64,000 nucleotides of DNA. It comes from a virus. The stretch lies in IMG/VR virus record IMGVR_UViG_3300044701_003563. One strand, written 5' to 3'. Shown here piece by piece: positions 20,201-27,691 of the stretch; the stretch's first letter is position 1, and each line of letters opens with the position of its first letter. The translations under genes and the position numbers were made by a program. Under the pieces are notes generated by a model. That model was not told the DNA's origin. It was given only the letters and a program-made list of their open reading frames with translations, and did no database searches.

Positions 20201-21301
20201 ATATCTTCCAGGAGCAACAATAAACGGTTCAAATATGTACCCATAATTGCCCGTAGGATATTCAAGTTGTGTGATCCCTCCATCAGAACTGCAAGTAAAT
20301 GCAAGTCCCACAATTGAAACTCCAACACCTACTTTAAAATTGTGTTCTTGGTCCGTATATGCAGTTAAAATTCCAGTTGTATGATCATATATTGCATTCG
20401 TGATATTTAAAGTTGGTACAGTTAAATCAATTACAAATTGATCTGTACTTGTACCTCCCTCAACTATTGTTCCAGTGTATTTTTTTGGACCAACACCATC
20501 TGCAACTAAAGCATAATTTCCAAAAGAAGAGTTTGAGTTTGTTAGATCGCAAGCACCACCCGACCCACAAAAAACTGCTATGTCGTCACAAATTGTAAAT
20601 AAAGAAACTAGCTGAGCATACCCTTCATTTGTAATAGAAACTCCTATACCACCTTGATTATATTGAGTATATGAGTCAAGAACCATTGATTTTAAAGGTC
20701 CTATGGCATAAGTACCATCGACCTTCATTCCTATACTATTCGGAATAAAATTTGTGCAGTTTTGAATGTATGGAGATTGATTAAAATAACCTACCTTTTC
20801 TGGGTTAAACGTAAAAATTGCTTTTCCTGGATTTAAAGATCCAGTATATGACATCTCCGCAACATAATTTCCATTTGCAACATAAAATAAATCCTTATCT
20901 GGATTTAAAGGTGATACTGTAACTTCTCTTAAACTGTCTCCAACTACACTAACCTGACTTGGCAGTGCTATTGGATTGTCTTCCAAATAAATACCAGCAC
21001 TTACTTTTATAACCGTTCCAGTTTCTGATGCATCTACTGCAGATTTAATCGTTGCCTTTGCATCTCCAAGTTTTTTTCCAGTATTATTATCGTTTCCGTC
21101 CTTTGTTACGTATAAAATATTGGTTACTGTTGCACCAGCACCAATTCTAACTATATCGGGAACAAATCCTACTCTTTCTCTACGAGCATATAACTCAATA
21201 TCATTAGTATTTAAAGCCAATTCACCTAATTGGAGTTGTCCTAAACTTGGCTTACTCCCTGGTGTTGTTGATCGTTTAATACGAATTATTGGTCTTGTCA
21301 T
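17261..21301 (-). CDS. Large virion fibre protein: beta-helix scaffold with four phycobiliprotein-like helical repeats
   Basis: N-terminal IRIKRS...GELALN fibre anchor; YVTKDGND...TIKSA...SPYIQNCTNF...SNSSFG beta-helix; KCxRD x4; ends TPFILALGGD. Confidence 0.75.
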   Translation of the reverse strand: MTRPIIRIKRSTTPGSKPSLGQLQLGELALNTNDIELYARRERVGFVPDIVRIGAGATVTNILYVTKDGNDNNTGKKLGDAKATIKSAVDASETGTVIKVSAGIYLEDNPIALPSQVSVVGDSLREVTVSPLNPDKDLFYVANGNYVAEMSYTGSLNPGKAIFTFNPEKVGYFNQSPYIQNCTNFIPNSIGMKVDGTYAIGPLKSMVLDSYTQYNQGGIGVSITNEGYAQLVSLFTICDDIAVFCGSGGACDLTNSNSSFGNYALVADGVGPKKYTGTIVEGGTSTDQFVIDLTVPTLNITNAIYDHTTGILTAYTDQEHNFKVGVGVSIVGLAFTCSSDGGITQLEYPTGNYGYIFEPFIVAPGRYYDAYNSIQANKKEIQDKALASIALNYPDFYLPGDEQTTDRSRYYDSYRLIKQNQREIADKAASKLAVGFPSDFYFPDEPETNERSRFYDGSGLIQKNRQEIIDKSLAAVAIAHSDFYFPGDNQTNARSRYADSYRLIQNNKDVIVSIAFTSAVNNPGFAGTDFAAVMDKCKRDTGLFIDAVSTDIFTGGNSYSIAFAKFYFDADGNPTNNGLLGEESESIYVFEQAKQLMKDAITNTLVGAAYSDLTITVDPLTGSNTNPNSCANVRSNIDNLVGIITSVIDNGNLLSLPPQNFGYYVQDSTNVLPHTLAGIGTTSSPGGLKCARDLGYFIDAIATDLFTGGNKYSRDFTLQYFDAQTGQPISNGLINEESQSITAFNAARDLFKRAVTNQLNIKTIGISSGTAEYLGAGNDIPVFPSGNANSCIDVQNNIDTLVAISTNVIGVGTTAFLSTFNENLGISTTNKCIRDTRYFVDAIATDLFVGGNYYASEFTKQYFNNVGSATTALLGEESESVYVFMQASEFSKKAITNQLNIQDLTLTTDSNPGIGTTSNKNPTSCTNVRNTIDTLTGIVTSVIVSSDLTELPPINEGIYSLGLSKCRRDIGYLIDYVSLDVRDYTNENTIDATKFYFNLDGSLDNSIENEIPQTITSFESARDYMKLAINNQLNKKNFDLIEDPTTQSNNSENSCSNVKSYIDNLVGIVTTAIFNADLNISPLPSVSAASTVFSAYVGTAPFEHYYVSGGTAKIDVIRPFNGQVVYFEDLYYTVKNVIILNSGSGYSEPPTLSFESPEVEWGIPAQAVAEIRSGSITNIELVSSGRGYKIPPKITITGPQSGINTATAIVELTPTYYVITEATEVSSGITTITVGENVPYFVGVGTEVPFYKQSRVLASGHSLEYIGTGIDIDKCLPRLGGVPIPENETDARNGGLVVYTSTDQAGNFKIGDGVIINQTTGSITGDFYSKSLFATMTPFILALGGD

Positions 21302-21321
21302 TGAAGATAAGGTTCCCTAAG

Positions 21322-21345
21322 TCCCTATCGATAGGGAGTTTTTTT
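21322..21345 (+). terminator. Perfect 16-bp palindrome followed by a T-run (plus-strand terminator-like, or leader hairpin of the 21301 gene)
   Basis: TCCCTATCGATAGGGA at 21322-21337, then GTTTTTTT. Confidence 0.45.
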
Positions 21346-21353
21346 ATTATTTA

Positions 21354-21530
21354 TCAGAAATCATCAGATCCATTATCTACAGACGCAGTTGACTGTATGG
21401 ATCTTTGAAGATCTTCAACCTGTTTTTTTAATTGTGCAATCTGCGTTTCAAGCAGAACGTTTGCATTGAAAAGATCAAATGATCTTTGCTGATATACAGA
21501 AAGTAATGACTTATAATCTTCTTCTGTCAT
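21354..21530 (-). CDS. Small coiled-coil hypothetical protein (58 aa; below the ORF-track cutoff)
   Basis: MTEEDYKSLLSVYQQRSFDLFNANVLLETQIAQLKKQVEDLQRSIQSTASVDNGSDDF*, preceded by a perfect late promoter. Confidence 0.8.
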   Translation of the reverse strand: MTEEDYKSLLSVYQQRSFDLFNANVLLETQIAQLKKQVEDLQRSIQSTASVDNGSDDF

Positions 21531-21551
21531 GATATTATATAAACTCTGACC

Positions 21552-21559
21552 TATTTATA
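21552..21559 (-). promoter_or_regulatory. T4 late promoter
   Basis: Exact TATAAATA. Confidence 0.75.
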
Positions 21560-21560
21560 G

Positions 21561-22352
21561 TCAATAAAATCCACCGTCTATAGAAATATTTTCCAAATTT
21601 CTTTCTGAATTTGAACAAGAAATAACTTGAGATTCTCCAGAACAATCACTGAGCCATAAACCACTTATTACCATTGGTGCATAAACAACTGATGATGTAT
21701 CTATGATTGGATCTGTTGTTGCAGCACCAAATTCATTTGCTATAATGGAAACATTTGATGCTATTCCAATTCTACCAGTACTATCATCCCAAAAAATTCC
21801 AGATCTATATCTAGTATTTGATTTATAATAATTAAATAATACGCCCAAATCCCATGTGGTATTTGATGGGGAAATAGTTCCCAATCCTACATTAAAAATT
21901 CTTGCTTGAGTGTCAAAAATTTCTGTATTAAACTTTGAAGATGTTCCACCTACAGAAATATCTCCGTCTACTTCAATTTCTCCAGATAAAACTGGATCAA
22001 TAATTCTATTTGTCCAAAATAAATTTCCATCTCCATCAGTGGAAAGAATATAATCATTAATAGGAGCTGGTGGTAAATAATATCTAAAAGTAGACGGGAC
22101 ATTAGAGGGTGCTCTTAACCCAATAAAGTTTGCTCCGTTATCAGTATTTTCATATAAGTTTATTCCACCACCAGATCCAGAAGATTCCCTTCTCCAGTAT
22201 CTATCGGAACCAAAAAACCTATTTCCAAACAGAGTTCCATCAAATCCAATATAAAAGTCTCTAGTATCTGTAGTTACTCCAGGTTCTCCTAATGCCAATC
22301 CAGGAAGATCTGAATAAGCACCTCTTTTAAATTGAATTACTGGCAGTGGCAT
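21561..22352 (-). CDS. Short fibre-like virion protein
   Basis: N-terminal IQFKRG...LALGEPGVTTDT anchor-type motif; LPPAP..YILSTDGDGNLFW; ends IDGGFY. Confidence 0.65.
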   Translation of the reverse strand: MPLPVIQFKRGAYSDLPGLALGEPGVTTDTRDFYIGFDGTLFGNRFFGSDRYWRRESSGSGGGINLYENTDNGANFIGLRAPSNVPSTFRYYLPPAPINDYILSTDGDGNLFWTNRIIDPVLSGEIEVDGDISVGGTSSKFNTEIFDTQARIFNVGLGTISPSNTTWDLGVLFNYYKSNTRYRSGIFWDDSTGRIGIASNVSIIANEFGAATTDPIIDTSSVVYAPMVISGLWLSDCSGESQVISCSNSERNLENISIDGGFY

Positions 22353-22354
22353 AA

Positions 22355-22696
22355 TTAAAATCCTCCAGCATCGGTATCAATTCTATCGTCGAGATCTTGA
22401 TCCATACGATCGAGGAAGGAAGTTGCATAACCAACAAATCCAGGTTGTATTGTTTCTGTTTCTGCTGCAGCAGTGAACACTTTATCTGGATTAACAGCTT
22501 TCCATTTTCCAGTTGCAGCATTATACATTAAAACATATTGATCATTTGTATCTTCACCATCAAAATCTACTAAATCTGAAAATCTTGCTGGCACTCCTAC
22601 ACCCCCCGTTTGAACATTAACTTTAAATTTTTGTTCTGGTCCTATTTTGATGTTAAAACTTTGAGAATTTGTTTTTGTTACTTTAAAATCTGTCAT
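22355..22696 (-). CDS. Hypothetical virion protein
   Basis: SDLVDFD...YVLMYNAATGKWKA fibre motif; ends DAGGF. Confidence 0.6.
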   Translation of the reverse strand: MTDFKVTKTNSQSFNIKIGPEQKFKVNVQTGGVGVPARFSDLVDFDGEDTNDQYVLMYNAATGKWKAVNPDKVFTAAAETETIQPGFVGYATSFLDRMDQDLDDRIDTDAGGF

Positions 22697-23034
22697 AGTG
22701 ATGTACTATCGTTTACTATGATTGATCCTTCAACGACCTTAACAGTATAACCAGTATTTTGATCGACAAGAAAAACATCAAAATAATTTCTACCAGAAGA
22801 TAAATCAGCGGTATCAGTTCTCCCCATCGAGATTTTTACTGATGGAGAATTTACATTTCCAATTACTTCCGTGGTAAATGATTTTGATCTTATTGCTGTT
22901 GGATGCTTTCTAATTTTGGAAACTGCGTCATAATTAACTAAAGAAACAGGACCATTATCTGGTCCAGACACATTAAATGTAGCACTAAAATCAGTGCCTT
23001 TTTCCAAACTTATATTTACAACAGCAACTGACAT
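22693..23034 (-). CDS. Hypothetical virion protein (BppU-N/Ig-like)
   Basis: KGTDFSATF...GRNYFDV...VVEGSI. Confidence 0.55.
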   Translation of the reverse strand: MSVAVVNISLEKGTDFSATFNVSGPDNGPVSLVNYDAVSKIRKHPTAIRSKSFTTEVIGNVNSPSVKISMGRTDTADLSSGRNYFDVFLVDQNTGYTVKVVEGSIIVNDSTSL

Positions 23035-23053
23035 TGTTCTGAGATTTTAGAAC

Positions 23054-23061
23054 TATTTATA
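23054..23061 (-). promoter_or_regulatory. T4 late promoter
   Basis: Exact TATAAATA 20 nt upstream of the 23034 ATG. Confidence 0.75.
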
Positions 23062-23067
23062 ATTTAA

Positions 23068-24594
23068 TTATGGATATTGTCTCGTATTTATTCCAACTGC
23101 CGCTGGTAAATGTGGTAGTGTATTTGGAGGAATAAGTCCAAAAGTATCTGCCCAATTAACTAAAAGATTATAATATTGTCCAGGAGCAGTTCTAGCGGAG
23201 TTTGTCCAAACTGGCCATCCATTGTTTCTATTTTCAGTTATCGATGCATTTGGATTAAAATCATAATAATTAACTGTTACAGTCTGCCCATTTATAGTTT
23301 TTTGTTGAGTCGATAATCTTTGACCCCCATACTCCCTAACTATAAATTGATTTCTTGCAACAAAAAGAATTCTTACATGCCCACATCCACCGTTACCAGC
23401 AAAAGGAGTTTCAGTTCCAGCTTGTCCACTTGTCTGAGCAGCACCTCCTCCGCCACCATACAATCCACCATTAGGTCTTACCTCTGGAACTGAAAACTCA
23501 TTATCAACACTTCCATTAAATCCCCTTAAACCATTTCCATTTGAAAGATTTTTATAATTTTCATTAATAAGAGGATCTCCAAAAAATGCACCCGAAACGA
23601 AATAATCAGTATCTAATATAACTTCCGTTCCTGTTGCTCTACCATCAGCACCAAAAGAACCTCCCTGTCCACCTCCTCCAGTATTTCCAGAAGATAACGT
23701 TAAAACTCCACCATCTATAACAGATCCATTAAAGAAATAATATGCTTTTTTTCCATTTGGACCCACTCCCCAAAATACTCCTACACCACCTCCACCTCCT
23801 CCAGAGTCTGCTCCTCCACCACCACCCCACATTCCTCCACCACCACCTCCGCCTTGACCATCTTGAGATTCTTGAGTGCCAGCAGTTCCACCATTTCCTC
23901 CATTACCAAACCATCCTCCAGCACCTCCACCACCGCCATCTTGTCCACCACCAACTCCACCCTGAACACCACCATTACCACCATTACCACCTCCAATAGT
24001 TCCCCATGCAAATGTTCCAACTGCGGATCCAGTTCCACCTTGATTTCCAGATGTAATTGCTCTGGCATCTTGCTTAGGCAAAGCGGATTCATTAAATTGA
24101 GTCGTTCCATTCCTAGAATCAATTCTTATTGAATCTGTAACATAAAAATCTTGCCCCCCACCTTGAGCAAAAACAATTATTGTTCCTCCTATACCAGTTC
24201 TACCAGGAACACTTGCATTATTATCTGAAGCAATATAACTAGTTTGCCCAGGACGACCCCATGAAGCATCCCATCCAAGTTGATCAACAACTAAGGTGTG
24301 ATTGCCAGTTCCACCAACTCCAGCCTTTACTCTTAGAATTTCCCCAGGAACTACTGGCATACTATTAATCCAACGAAGTCCACCTCCTCCACCCCCAACA
24401 CCAGGAGTTTGATTGTTTCCTGCACGGCCACCTCCACCTCCACCAATACAAACTGCAGTTATACTTGTAATTCCAGCAGGAACCTGCCACAAATATTCCC
24501 TAGTTGAACAAGCAAAACTTACTTCACCTATAACTGGAAACTTTGTTGTGTCAAGTATATAATGAATTCCACCTTGAGCATCTGGACCTGGCAT
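23068..24594 (-). CDS. Glycine-rich virion protein (adhesin/fibre tip-like)
   Basis: WQVPAGITSITAVCIGGGGGG...VVPGE...GGGGG...GHVRI: polyglycine-sandwich phage adhesin pattern. Confidence 0.7.
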   Translation of the reverse strand: MPGPDAQGGIHYILDTTKFPVIGEVSFACSTREYLWQVPAGITSITAVCIGGGGGGRAGNNQTPGVGGGGGGLRWINSMPVVPGEILRVKAGVGGTGNHTLVVDQLGWDASWGRPGQTSYIASDNNASVPGRTGIGGTIIVFAQGGGQDFYVTDSIRIDSRNGTTQFNESALPKQDARAITSGNQGGTGSAVGTFAWGTIGGGNGGNGGVQGGVGGGQDGGGGGAGGWFGNGGNGGTAGTQESQDGQGGGGGGGMWGGGGGADSGGGGGGVGVFWGVGPNGKKAYYFFNGSVIDGGVLTLSSGNTGGGGQGGSFGADGRATGTEVILDTDYFVSGAFFGDPLINENYKNLSNGNGLRGFNGSVDNEFSVPEVRPNGGLYGGGGGAAQTSGQAGTETPFAGNGGCGHVRILFVARNQFIVREYGGQRLSTQQKTINGQTVTVNYYDFNPNASITENRNNGWPVWTNSARTAPGQYYNLLVNWADTFGLIPPNTLPHLPAAVGINTRQYP

Positions 24595-24618
24595 AAATTA
24601 ATTCCTCTTAAAATAATA

Positions 24619-27315
24619 TTATGGTGATACCTTAGAATAATAAACTATTGCTTTCAATCCCTTTCCTCCAGTTCCTATTCCAGTAATATCAAATCTTAAT
24701 TGATCATTTCTATTTAAAACTTGATTTGGGAATGTTGTTGGTGAATTTAAGAGAGTTGGGGTATTAACAAATCCAGTTTCACTTTGGTAGTTTCCTACTG
24801 CGATATTTGCTACTGTTGTCCGACTTGAGTATATACTTGTCCAAGAATTAAAGGAAGCTGGGCTAGCATTTCTATCTGCATATAAAACATCTACACTGGT
24901 AATTCCAACAACTGCAGCAGATGAAAGTGAAATTGTTGGTGGTTCTGTAATTCTACACTTAAATGGAACCCTAAATGTTACTACACTTGTTCCAATTCCA
25001 ATGTTTGTAAATTCATCTCCAAGTGCAACAATCAAAGATGTTTCAGAGTTTCCACCCTGAAGGCCCTGAACTCCTTGATTTCCTTGAACTCCCTGTAATC
25101 CTTGAAGTCCTTGTCTGCCTTGGGTTCCTTGAGCACCTACAAATGACACTACTAAATTAAATTGATCATTAAGAACGGGAGATCCATTAGAACTAATTTT
25201 CGTTACAAAATAACTTCTGAATGCTGCTCCATCAGTAATTCTATTGGTAACAAAGAATGAAGCAAAAGTATTAGAGTCTCCAATTTTTGTAAACGTAAAG
25301 ATAGCTTTTTGTGGATTATTTACAGCCTCAACGGCATCCAGTATCGATACAATTGAATTTCCTTCAAAATCAGTTTCGTCTATTGCAAACTGAGTAAAAG
25401 CTCCAGTCCAGGCAGTGCTAAGTCTAAAATATCCATTTCCAGTAGGATCTGCTATTGTCTGTACAGTATCATATAAGAATTTACCACCCAATTGTTTTGC
25501 TGCCGCAAGACCTTGAATTCCTTGAAGACCTTGAACACCTTGATTTCCTTGTCTTCCTTGAAGTCCTTGAATGCCTTGAACACCTTGAACACCTTGTCTA
25601 CCTTGTGTTCCTTGGAATCCTTGAGCACCTTGAGGACCTTGAAGACCTTGAAGACCTTGTATAGAAATATCTCCAACATTAACCCATGTTGTTCCATTGG
25701 CTTGCAATACCCAGACTTCATTGGTAACACTATCAACAACACCATTTCCTGGTTGAGCACCTGGAAAAGTAGCTGTTAAGTAAGTGGATGGATCTGGAGA
25801 CTGTGAGGAAATATTTGCGGCTGTTCCAATAATAATAATAGAAGTTCCAATTCTTCCTTGAATACCTTGATTTCCCTGAACACCTTGATTCCCCTGAACA
25901 CCTTGAAAACCTTGTGTTCCTTGTATTCCTTGTCTTCCTTGGAATCCCTGATTTCCTATAGTTCCTTGTGTTCCTTGTCTTCCTTGAACACCTTGAGTTC
26001 CTTGGAAGTTTCCAATTTGACCTTGAACTCCTTGAAGACCTTGCCTTCCTTGGAGACCTTGATTAAAACTTTGACCAGAAACGCCTTGATTTCCTTGCAG
26101 TCCTTGCAGTCCTTGAACGCCTTGTTCTCCTTGAAGACCTTGTAAAGATCCAGAAAGACCTTGAAGACCTTGGACACCTTGGAAATTACTTAGTGGACCT
26201 TGAACGCCTTGGGATCCTTGTGTTCCTTGAACACCTTGAGAAGTTCCTGAAAAACCTTGACTGCCTTGAATTCCTTGAACTCCTTGACCACCTTGCCTTC
26301 CCTGAAGACCTTGAACTCCTTGAACTCCTTGAGCACCTTGTCTACCTTGAGTTCCTTGGAAGTTTCCAATTTGTCCCTGAACGCCCTGTGTTCCTTGATT
26401 TCCTTGAGCACTTCCAGGAAATCCTTGGGCACCTTGAAAACCTTGATTACCCTGAATACCTTGCCTTCCCTGAAGACCTTGAACTCCTTGAACACCTTGA
26501 AGACCTTGCCTTCCTTGTGTTCCTTGGAAATTACTTAATGGACCCTGAACACCTTGAAGACCTTGAACACCTTGATCTCCTTTAAATACTGCTTGTCCAG
26601 ATATTCCCTGAAAACCTTGGTTGGACAATCCTTGCAATCCTTGCAATCCTTGTTGACCATTAACACCTTGGGTTCCTTGGAAATTACTTAAAGCTCCTTG
26701 AACACCTTGATCTCCTCTAATACCTTGATTTGCAATTCCTTGAACACCTTGGTATCCCTGAGATCCTATTGTCCCTTGGAATCCTTGAGTTCCTTGTGGT
26801 CCTTGAACTCCTTGATTTCCCTGAAGACCTTGAAGACCTTGAGTACCTTGTCCACTTGCTGTTCCCTGAGTTCCTTGGAAATTGCTAAGTGCTCCTTGCA
26901 GTCCTTGAGTTCCTTGTCTCCCTTGATTTCCCTGAAGACCTTGAGTTCCCTGTCTCCCTTGGGTTCCTTGGAAATTACTCAAGGCACCCTGTAGACCCTG
27001 CATACCTTGGGTGCCTTGATTGCCTTGCATACCTTGAGAACCCTGAGTTCCCTGCAGACCTTGAATGCCGTCAGTATCCAAATCAAATGGATCGATCCAA
27101 TATCTTCTCGGATCTCCAGGTCTAGCTGCTAAAACATAAGTTGATCTTGGAAGTCCCAATCCTGGCGGATTATTACCAGTAGATGCGATACCAACCGAAG
27201 GATCACCAAGATGAGGTTCAACCTGATCTAATCCAATGTAACTATATCTATCACTGGTAATTCCAGTTGCATCTCTTCTGAGAGATCTTCCTGTGTTGTA
27301 TCTATTTCTTGTCAT
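24619..27315 (-). CDS. Collagen-like fibre protein (interrupted Gly-X-Gln)
   Basis: Three GXQ segments separated by globular knobs; repeated G(A/P)LSNFQ and GQIGNFQ interruptions; C-terminal ...RNDQLRFDI domain. Confidence 0.85.
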   Translation of the reverse strand: MTRNRYNTGRSLRRDATGITSDRYSYIGLDQVEPHLGDPSVGIASTGNNPPGLGLPRSTYVLAARPGDPRRYWIDPFDLDTDGIQGLQGTQGSQGMQGNQGTQGMQGLQGALSNFQGTQGRQGTQGLQGNQGRQGTQGLQGALSNFQGTQGTASGQGTQGLQGLQGNQGVQGPQGTQGFQGTIGSQGYQGVQGIANQGIRGDQGVQGALSNFQGTQGVNGQQGLQGLQGLSNQGFQGISGQAVFKGDQGVQGLQGVQGPLSNFQGTQGRQGLQGVQGVQGLQGRQGIQGNQGFQGAQGFPGSAQGNQGTQGVQGQIGNFQGTQGRQGAQGVQGVQGLQGRQGGQGVQGIQGSQGFSGTSQGVQGTQGSQGVQGPLSNFQGVQGLQGLSGSLQGLQGEQGVQGLQGLQGNQGVSGQSFNQGLQGRQGLQGVQGQIGNFQGTQGVQGRQGTQGTIGNQGFQGRQGIQGTQGFQGVQGNQGVQGNQGIQGRIGTSIIIIGTAANISSQSPDPSTYLTATFPGAQPGNGVVDSVTNEVWVLQANGTTWVNVGDISIQGLQGLQGPQGAQGFQGTQGRQGVQGVQGIQGLQGRQGNQGVQGLQGIQGLAAAKQLGGKFLYDTVQTIADPTGNGYFRLSTAWTGAFTQFAIDETDFEGNSIVSILDAVEAVNNPQKAIFTFTKIGDSNTFASFFVTNRITDGAAFRSYFVTKISSNGSPVLNDQFNLVVSFVGAQGTQGRQGLQGLQGVQGNQGVQGLQGGNSETSLIVALGDEFTNIGIGTSVVTFRVPFKCRITEPPTISLSSAAVVGITSVDVLYADRNASPASFNSWTSIYSSRTTVANIAVGNYQSETGFVNTPTLLNSPTTFPNQVLNRNDQLRFDITGIGTGGKGLKAIVYYSKVSP

Positions 27316-27320
27316 TTATC

Positions 27321-27689
27321 TTACTGTTTTGCAGTTTCTAATACACTTAAAACGGACTCAAGTTTCCAATTTTCCGATGCGGAAATGAAAAGAACATCAC
27401 CAGTTTCCAAAGCAAGTCTTCCATCACCAACAATATTATATCCATCATTTGGAGGAATAATTACTCCATTTGATAATTTAAAGCTGACAACTCCAGTCAC
27501 TGGATCTGGATCCCTTGCATGTAAAGCAGTTATACTTGATATTCCAACAGAATTTCCCGTAGAAACATTGGTAATTTGCCAATTAATAATAATACTAGCA
27601 ACACCAATAGGACAAGTATAAATTCCAACATTATTTGTTGTAACTCTTGTTCTAATTGTTCTAAATTTATTAAGTGCAATTGCTGCCAT
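27321..27689 (-). CDS. Small virion protein, paralog of 16897..17256
   Basis: MAAIALNKFRT...YTCPIG...QITNV...GRLALETGD...SVLETAKQ. Confidence 0.75.
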   Translation of the reverse strand: MAAIALNKFRTIRTRVTTNNVGIYTCPIGVASIIINWQITNVSTGNSVGISSITALHARDPDPVTGVVSFKLSNGVIIPPNDGYNIVGDGRLALETGDVLFISASENWKLESVLSVLETAKQ

Positions 27690-27691
27690 TT

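Noticed and set aside
25452-27125. Cluster of short overlapping ORFs in the second collagen gene
   Set aside because: Same shadow-frame effect.
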